Shown here: one piece after another, positions 57,665 through 64,000 of the stretch
Layout: every line of letters starts with the position of its first letter
Numbering within the stretch: the stretch's first letter is position 1
Virus record (IMG/VR): IMGVR_UViG_3300023174_000038
Coordinates: 248,001 to 312,000 of that record
Strand: one strand, 5' to 3'
Length of the DNA stretch: 64,000 bases
Notes under the pieces: model-generated
The model's input: the letters and a program-made list of their open reading frames with translations, nothing else
Told to the model about the DNA's origin: nothing
Databases searched by the model: none
Translations under genes and position numbers: made by a program

Positions 57665-58020
57665 TTCTTTTTAAGTTCCTGTAATTTAATTTGTTCAACT
57701 TCTAATTCATCTTCTAACGATTCTTCTAGTTCACGCTCAATTTCATTAAGTTCTGATAAATCAATCGCTGGTTTGGGAGGAGCAGGTGGTGCAGATGTTT
57801 TTGGTTTGTTACGTATTAGTTGTGCTGAACGATTACCTACAGTTTTATTGTATGAATCGTTTACTTTAGTTGTTGCAGTTTTTATAATACGACCTTGTGC
57901 ATCAATTGTGTCTCCACGTGCATTAACTTTCATATTACCCACTGCTCTAGTTTTTTCATTTTTAGCAGTTAGTGCTGCCATGTCAACGATTTTGCCCATT
58001 GCTGTTTTGTAATTAGCCAT
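57661..58020 (-). CDS. Hypothetical protein
   Basis: TAMGK.VDM..L...NE...AVGNM.VNARGD; AGGAG RBS. Confidence 0.75.
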   Translation of the reverse strand: MANYKTAMGKIVDMAALTAKNEKTRAVGNMKVNARGDTIDAQGRIIKTATTKVNDSYNKTVGNRSAQLIRNKPKTSAPPAPPKPAIDLSELNEIERELEESLEDELEVEQIKLQELKKK

Positions 58021-58030
58021 TATGTTCTCC

Positions 58031-58537
58031 TTATTTTAAAAACTCATCTATAGACAAGTCATAGTACAAGCTATTTATACGGTGTATTCCTATTATAAAC
58101 AATACAAAACTAGCTACACTACTACCACGACCTACACCCCAAACAACATTATTCTTACGCATTGTGTCAACTAAGTATTTCAAATACTGCAATAGTACAA
58201 ACATATTACGTTCTTGAAATTTAATTAGTTCATCACCGGCACGTTGCAACTCTGCTTCATTTTTGCATTGATCTAATACCCATTTAGCAATATCAAACTC
58301 ATAATACTCTTTGGGCATATGCCATTTTGTTTGATTTAATCTATCAAACTCTTCCAAAGAAATAGTTGAAGTGGTGTATTGTTTTAGATTTGGGATATTC
58401 TCTAATGAGAGAAACCCATTAAATTCTATGGGACTATCTACTAATGCGTTAGAGATTGTACGTGTTGGGTCTTGTAAGAACAATTCACATAAATCGTTCT
58501 GATTGTAAATTAATTGACCATACTTATCTGTTTTCAT
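58031..58537 (-). CDS. Stand-alone DNA polymerase III alpha (DnaE) fragment
   Basis: R...EL, VWGVGRGSSVASFVLF.IGI..I....Y.L...F, the DnaE GRGS region. Confidence 0.75.
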   Translation of the reverse strand: MKTDKYGQLIYNQNDLCELFLQDPTRTISNALVDSPIEFNGFLSLENIPNLKQYTTSTISLEEFDRLNQTKWHMPKEYYEFDIAKWVLDQCKNEAELQRAGDELIKFQERNMFVLLQYLKYLVDTMRKNNVVWGVGRGSSVASFVLFIIGIHRINSLYYDLSIDEFLK

Positions 58538-58585
58538 TTATGTATTATAGCACAACTGTTACTAAAATACAATATGTTTGGATAA

Positions 58586-59188
58586 TTACTTTTCCTGTTC
58601 AGTTGTAAAAACAATTTCACAATTAGCTGTGTGTTCTTTTTCTTTCCAAACTAAATTATATTCTGCCCAATCTGTTGTGGGTGTTTTAAACAGTTTGACA
58701 ATCTTGTCTTTTCTTATTGATTTTTTGATAGGGTCGGATATAGAAGTTCCACTATCTGTCCACCATCCGGGAGACTCTAACGGACCACGTGGACTTTCAA
58801 TATCACATATGAATTTAACCTCATCACTTATACGTGAACCCAATGTCATATCAGTAATAATCAATCTACCCTCAGTAATGCTATTGAGTTTAGTTAATAA
58901 TAACAATGTTATAATTTGGTCATAAGGTTCTTCAGGAACAGTACATACCTTAAATCCACATGTGTTATATTTTTCAATAACTTTATGTTCAGTATCCTGA
59001 ACAAAAATACCATTTTCTAAACAATCACTTAGGAAGTATTTTATTCGTTCCATTGCTACATTTTGTTCTCGGATGGATTGAGTTTCTACTTCCATATACA
59101 ATGTTATTGTATATAGATTCATTAAAAATTCTTCCTTAAAATAAACGCCCGCTTGAAATGAAAATTCTCGTTCTATACGTGTGGTCAA
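58586..59188 (-). CDS. Hypothetical protein
   Basis: EQNVAMERIKYF, PEEPYDQ. Confidence 0.72.
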   Translation of the reverse strand: MTTRIEREFSFQAGVYFKEEFLMNLYTITLYMEVETQSIREQNVAMERIKYFLSDCLENGIFVQDTEHKVIEKYNTCGFKVCTVPEEPYDQIITLLLLTKLNSITEGRLIITDMTLGSRISDEVKFICDIESPRGPLESPGWWTDSGTSISDPIKKSIRKDKIVKLFKTPTTDWAEYNLVWKEKEHTANCEIVFTTEQEK

Positions 59189-59190
59189 TT

Positions 59191-59424
59191 TTAGCTTTCT
59201 TTTTGAATATTAATTTGTGTCCGATCACCTTGCTTTTTAAGCAGTTCGTCCATTTTGCGGCCGTATTCAGCTTTATAGCTAGCTATAACCATATTTAGTT
59301 GATGAATCATAGCACTATTTTGCATACGATATGCAAAGTTAAGTTTTTTGGTCAAGTCTGATATAGAACCTTGAAGTTCTTCTAAGGTTTTATCAGATAG
59401 TGATGAAATGAACGGGTGTTCCAT
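59191..59424 (-). CDS. Small coiled-coil protein
   Basis: MEHP start 5 nt after TAAATA. Confidence 0.7.
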   Translation of the reverse strand: MEHPFISSLSDKTLEELQGSISDLTKKLNFAYRMQNSAMIHQLNMVIASYKAEYGRKMDELLKKQGDRTQINIQKES

Positions 59425-59435
59425 TCAAATATTTA

Positions 59436-60701
59436 TTACCAAGAAGTAAGTGCAATTCTTTTCCAAATGTCCGAACCCACATATGCAGTCGCTACACATG
59501 TACCGGATGCAGTTGTTAATGTTAATGCTGTACCCGCAACTCCATTTGTCCTAGATTGACTGATAGTGATATTACCACCTGTTCCGATTGCTTTAATGTA
59601 ATATACTGTATTTGCTGTTATTCCACCAAACGTAGTACCAGTAAACACAACGGGAGCATTATTAGCCAATGAAGTTGTATTATTTAAAGTAATATTACCT
59701 GTACTATTAGTAGCTGTTGCTGATTTATCATATGCTGTAGAGTTATAATCATCAGTACACACGTATAGATATGACACTGGGTTAGCATACATTGGAATTG
59801 TTGGGCTAGCATTTCCTGCTAAATTAACATTTGCTCCACCTAATGTTGATGATACTGTAAAATATGTATTAGCTGAAACATTACGTACATAATAAGTTGT
59901 ACCAACAGTAATATTAGCTTCCATAGTAACACCGGTGAATACAATTGGCATATCTGTATACAATTGTACTGTATTGGCAGTATTAAAATAATCTGCGGCA
60001 TTAGAACTAGTTATTGTTAGTTGATTTACCCCATTACTAGTTGCGATATCACCTACCATATCACCTTGATTACCGGTAGGTATAACGTCACGAGTTTTTA
60101 TTTGGGACGCTATTCTATTATTATTAAATGGCTCTACTGTAATTGTATTACCGCAATCAAGCGTACTAAATCTATAGTCTAATTGAGTCACCCCATATGG
60201 TACAGTAACTGTATTTGTGTTAGCTATATTAGCATAATTTTCTAAAGTAGTTACACCGTCAGTAACTTGACTAGGGAAAGATAATACTGCTAAATTGTTT
60301 GAGACAGCGAGTTGAAGTTGTACATTGCTTTGTGTACTAGTAGGTGCCCATCCTGTAAACTGAATAGTTGTGTTACCTGCGATAGTACCATATTGAACAT
60401 CACCCAATGATACATTTACTGATACAACACCTGATAAAGCATTACCCAAATTATAAGTACTAGCACGAAAACTACGTGTTAATGCATTACTAATAAGAGT
60501 ATTAGCCATATCGTTATTAACAGTAGAATTAGCTAGTGCAGACTTGACTACAACTTTATTTTGTAGGTCTGTTATTTCTGTGCCAGCTGTATTCAAGTTA
60601 GTTCTAATAGATGCAAAGTTATCTCTGAATCCTTGACTATTGTTGTTTATCCCCGGTACAGGGTAATTTACATTGATGCCGTTTGTGTTAATTGTACTCA
60701 T
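59436..60701 (-). CDS. Baseplate/tail structural protein
   Basis: YPVPGINNNSQGFRDNF N-term; repeated T.YYV/I modules; WKRIAL.W end. Confidence 0.72.
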   Translation of the reverse strand: MSTINTNGINVNYPVPGINNNSQGFRDNFASIRTNLNTAGTEITDLQNKVVVKSALANSTVNNDMANTLISNALTRSFRASTYNLGNALSGVVSVNVSLGDVQYGTIAGNTTIQFTGWAPTSTQSNVQLQLAVSNNLAVLSFPSQVTDGVTTLENYANIANTNTVTVPYGVTQLDYRFSTLDCGNTITVEPFNNNRIASQIKTRDVIPTGNQGDMVGDIATSNGVNQLTITSSNAADYFNTANTVQLYTDMPIVFTGVTMEANITVGTTYYVRNVSANTYFTVSSTLGGANVNLAGNASPTIPMYANPVSYLYVCTDDYNSTAYDKSATATNSTGNITLNNTTSLANNAPVVFTGTTFGGITANTVYYIKAIGTGGNITISQSRTNGVAGTALTLTTASGTCVATAYVGSDIWKRIALTSW

Positions 60702-60724
60702 ATTTTTGTTGTTCCGTTATATAT

Positions 60725-63202
60725 TTAGTATTGTGTTTTGTTTGGTAAAATTGTTTGTCTAGGGAACAATACATAGAAATCCTTGCTATCTAATGGATCG
60801 GGTACAGGTGTTGCACTCGGTAAGCCTGTCCAAGCAGGTGGATTTAATTTCTTATCATAATTATAAGTTTCGCTCTTATCTACACTAAATCTATCAATTC
60901 TAAAGTTAATTTCATTCAATGTATATGGCCAATTAGTATTAATATTATTTTTAATAATATCGGCAAATCCCGGTTTAGTGTAACATATTACCCAAGCTTG
61001 AGTATAACCTAATGTACCACCGTTAGCTTGTTGACTTGTCATCCATAATGGTAATAATCTACTATCAAATTCTTGACCTACAACTTGACCCACACGATTA
61101 CGCATATTAAATAGACTATTTGGATATAGTGTTCTTGCATATCCGGGTGTTAAACTAGTATAGTAATCCTGTCCCAATACATTTTCATAACTTGTAAATG
61201 TATCAGTAACACTTGTATACCATGGACCTAATTGTAAATCAATTGGGCGGGGCCAGTATATTTGTTGTTGTATACTTACTCCAGCTGGATTAACTAAGTT
61301 ATCAATAACTTCGCTATATACTACTTCATATATTATTTCACCTGCATTATTTTTTGCCACAGCAGTTTTTATTTCACCTAATGTTATATTTCTCCAATAG
61401 TGATTTTGTGTTACCGCTAGCAAATATTCATCAATCTCACTAGCATATATACCATATGCATGGTCATATATTATACTAGTTGCTTTACCAAAATATATAT
61501 CATTAGGTCTATAAACCATTGATTCCGGAATTAATGTTTCACTTGATAATAAAGTGTTTAATATAGTTCTATCATTTATACTAGGTGTTGCCTTAATATA
61601 TAATGTATCAGTTGGCTGGGTATATTCTTGTAATACTGTTACTGTAAAAGTTTTAGTAGATTGAACTACAGGATATATTAGTGAATAAGCTTGAATGGTA
61701 AATGTGAAAACAGTTTGAGCATTTTGTTCTAATAATGTGTCTGTAGGTTGATCCGCTACTCTACCGGTTATTTCTCCGTTATCTAGTAATATTAGATTAG
61801 GTGGAAGTGCTCCACTAGTTATTCTATATGATAAACTAGTATCAGCTTCTGCAAGGACATTTAAAGTACTTACTGTACTATTAAATATTGTTCCTAAATT
61901 ACTTGGTGTTATCCATATTATAGTATCAGTTACCTGATTACTTAAGTTATATCTAAAATTAAAATTAGTTGTACCTATACTAGGATTATTTGTTTTATAT
62001 ACATTTACCGCAAAATTAAAAGTGCTTAAACCAGTTGAATTTAATGTGGGTGTTCCTGTAATCCATCCTGTGTCAGGGTCACCGTCTAAATTAGAAGGTA
62101 AATCAACATATTCATATGTTAATGGATTACCATCAAAATCATAACCTATTATTTTAAATGTGAAATATTCACCACTACGTATTGTGCCAATAAAAGCATT
62201 AACAGTAGGGTTTACCGGTGGTAAAATATAATACCCATAATATGGATCACTATCTGTAATTATAAATGTTTTTGGTCTAGTATTAAGTATAGTAGGGATG
62301 CGTGAATTAGGCGTATATCCCGGTCCACCTTGACTTACTGGAGTATTTTGATTTACTACGGTAATAGTATATGTAGCGGTATCACCTCCTAAATTACTTG
62401 ATAATCTAAGAACAAATGAATAAGTACGTATTGTAGGTTGACCAACTGATATAGCCGGCAATGTAACAGTCATTGATCCGGTAGCAGATGTTAGTGGGAA
62501 TACTTCACCATTTTGAGTAGCGGCTATTGTAAATGTTGTAGTGCTATCAATAGTTTTAATGTAGTAAGTCTCACCTTCACTTATACCACCAAATGCAGTA
62601 GAGGTAAAAATTACAGGTCTTCCTATAGTGAATTGAATAGTAGTAGTACATGTTATTAAGTTAGTAGTACTATCTGTAATAGTTGCATTAGTTTGTACTT
62701 GATTTAAAGTAATATTAACAGTGGGCGGGTTAGCATAACCTCTAATTAAACCCTCAGCATTTATTTCTAAACCCGGTGGTAAAAGACCTTCTTGCAATTC
62801 TATTACCACAGCATTAGTATTATCTGGGTTTGAATATGTTATAGGTAACTCAATCCAAACACTATCTAATGTGTTTAAAATACTGCCGGCAGGTGTGGTG
62901 AATGCTGGAATGGCTACACCAGAAATAGTCATTGAAAATGTTCTATCACGCAAATTAGAATTATTATCAGTAGCTCTAATTGTAAAAGTACTAGTTGTAT
63001 CGGCAGTAACTAATGTAGGAGTCCCGCTTATTAATCCACTAGTACTAATAGATATTCCAGGTGGTAGTGTACCACTTAGTAGAGTATATGTTATTGTTGT
63101 AGCGGGAAATACAGCCGAAGCTGATAATTGATTTACCATTACAATAGTAGCAGGATATCTACCTATAGAACCAGCGGGTGTGTTCCAAATTGGTTGTGCC
63201 AT
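60725..63202 (-). CDS. Baseplate/tail protein with Ig/cadherin-like repeats
   Basis: W.TPAGS, LPPG..I...G.I.G.P repeats; LPLWM. Confidence 0.75.
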   Translation of the reverse strand: MAQPIWNTPAGSIGRYPATIVMVNQLSASAVFPATTITYTLLSGTLPPGISISTSGLISGTPTLVTADTTSTFTIRATDNNSNLRDRTFSMTISGVAIPAFTTPAGSILNTLDSVWIELPITYSNPDNTNAVVIELQEGLLPPGLEINAEGLIRGYANPPTVNITLNQVQTNATITDSTTNLITCTTTIQFTIGRPVIFTSTAFGGISEGETYYIKTIDSTTTFTIAATQNGEVFPLTSATGSMTVTLPAISVGQPTIRTYSFVLRLSSNLGGDTATYTITVVNQNTPVSQGGPGYTPNSRIPTILNTRPKTFIITDSDPYYGYYILPPVNPTVNAFIGTIRSGEYFTFKIIGYDFDGNPLTYEYVDLPSNLDGDPDTGWITGTPTLNSTGLSTFNFAVNVYKTNNPSIGTTNFNFRYNLSNQVTDTIIWITPSNLGTIFNSTVSTLNVLAEADTSLSYRITSGALPPNLILLDNGEITGRVADQPTDTLLEQNAQTVFTFTIQAYSLIYPVVQSTKTFTVTVLQEYTQPTDTLYIKATPSINDRTILNTLLSSETLIPESMVYRPNDIYFGKATSIIYDHAYGIYASEIDEYLLAVTQNHYWRNITLGEIKTAVAKNNAGEIIYEVVYSEVIDNLVNPAGVSIQQQIYWPRPIDLQLGPWYTSVTDTFTSYENVLGQDYYTSLTPGYARTLYPNSLFNMRNRVGQVVGQEFDSRLLPLWMTSQQANGGTLGYTQAWVICYTKPGFADIIKNNINTNWPYTLNEINFRIDRFSVDKSETYNYDKKLNPPAWTGLPSATPVPDPLDSKDFYVLFPRQTILPNKTQY

Positions 63203-63203
63203 G

Positions 63204-63824
63204 TTATGCGCCTAAATAGTCTAATGCTATATGATAGTGATGTTGTCTATCTTCTAAACCAATAGTACCACCATTAATACGTTTTGTTAATGTAATAAAA
63301 TCATCTTTATCACAGAACTGATTTAGTTTGTTATTATCCCAGAACCAACCAGCACTAGCAACAGCACCATTAGGTGTCTCTAAGTATCTAACTGTATCTT
63401 CAATACTCATGTCTAGTGCTTCAGCAAAACGTGTATAGTTATCACGACCAGTTAACTGAATCAATCCGCGACCTCTGAATCTAAATCCATCACCACTGTT
63501 CTCATCACCGTTTTTCATCCGATTAGCATAAACACGATTAGCAATCATTTCTGGCTTACGTTCATATTGTTTAGCAATATCTTCAGTTGGGAAATATTTT
63601 TTAAATGTACCCATTAATCCTTTTGCTGAATAGTTCAAATTTTCAATTACAGCATTAAAGCCACCACTTTCATGTGCTACTTGTGCTAAAAAGCCCGCAA
63701 CACGTTTTGGATTGTCAAACATTTCGTAGTATTCTGCTACAGTGTTTAGTGGCTCAACAAAACCCTCTAATGTAGAGCGTTTTGTTTTTGGACACATTGC
63801 TGTTAATAATTCTATTGTTACCAT
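63204..63824 (-). CDS. Glycoside hydrolase family 19 endolysin
   Basis: FLAQVAHESG, ENLNYS, FRGRGLIQLTG..NY, WFW, INGG..GL.DR. Confidence 0.92.
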   Translation of the reverse strand: MVTIELLTAMCPKTKRSTLEGFVEPLNTVAEYYEMFDNPKRVAGFLAQVAHESGGFNAVIENLNYSAKGLMGTFKKYFPTEDIAKQYERKPEMIANRVYANRMKNGDENSGDGFRFRGRGLIQLTGRDNYTRFAEALDMSIEDTVRYLETPNGAVASAGWFWDNNKLNQFCDKDDFITLTKRINGGTIGLEDRQHHYHIALDYLGA

Positions 63825-63833
63825 TTGTTTTCC

Positions 63834-64000
63834 TTATGCGTATGTTCCACCAACAGTGTACCATTGGGTTGCGGTTGGTGCAATAAATTGTATAGTTGCT
63901 CCGGTTGTTTGAGTAAACCCTACATTAATTGCAAGCGTATTAATAGCTGTACTAGCTGCCGGATAAACTAATAAGCTATTAGCACTTGTATTAGTAATAG
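63834..64000 (-). CDS. 3' end of a structural protein (partial)
   Basis: Open frame ...TSANSLLVYPAAS...TQWYTVGGTYA* reaching window edge. Confidence 0.6.
   Translation of the reverse strand, partial: ITNTSANSLLVYPAASTAINTLAINVGFTQTTGATIQFIAPTATQWYTVGGTYA

Noticed and set aside
490-63131. Numerous short opposite-strand or alternate-frame ORFs in the track (e.g. 490..732, 6148..6429, 32438..32878, 34343..34663, 35751..35981, 49656..50102, 57575..58012)
   Set aside because: They are shadows of well-supported genes, with no RBS or recognisable motifs.
1-64000. Stop-codon reassignment as seen in some huge phages
   Set aside because: Conserved genes (PolB, ClpA, FolE, QueE) are full length and tightly packed under the standard code.

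Overview
This AT-rich window (roughly one-third GC by eye) is a gene-dense segment of a large T4-like ('huge/jumbo') tailed phage genome, mostly encoded on the minus strand in the standard genetic code. It carries replication and repair genes: ATP-dependent ligase, RNase H/5' nuclease, UvsE, family B polymerase, sliding clamp, clamp loader and a DnaE fragment. It also carries chaperones (ClpA, DnaJ, GroES), PhoH, Dps, TilS, three free-standing GIY-YIG homing endonucleases, repeat-rich virion proteins and a GH19 endolysin. Two systems stand out. (1) A ~11 kb DNA-hypermodification cluster next to the clamp and polymerase: FolE, QueD, QueE, a DpdL-like T-fold protein and a DpdA/TGT-like transglycosylase, interleaved with two GT-B glycosyltransferases, an NDP-sugar epimerase, a cytidylyltransferase and a 2OG-Fe(II) oxygenase. 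It suggests a possibly glycosylated 7-deazaguanine base. (2) A dispersed family of late-expressed mosaic 'cargo polyproteins'. Most begin with T4 capsid-targeting-like peptides and all are punctuated by prohead-protease-like xxE linkers (QGVAE/QGVSE/SLNEF) that separate unrelated modules, including a sigma-70 region 4 mimic, an HsdS-like domain, a zincin, a GP88-like Fe-S domain and a cryptic twin-arginine signal peptide. Also seen: repeated early-promoter cassettes, apparently leaderless late mRNAs, candidate structured RNAs, and a homing-endonuclease insertion that duplicated a gene's 3' end. All functional calls come from motif recognition by eye; no database searches were run.
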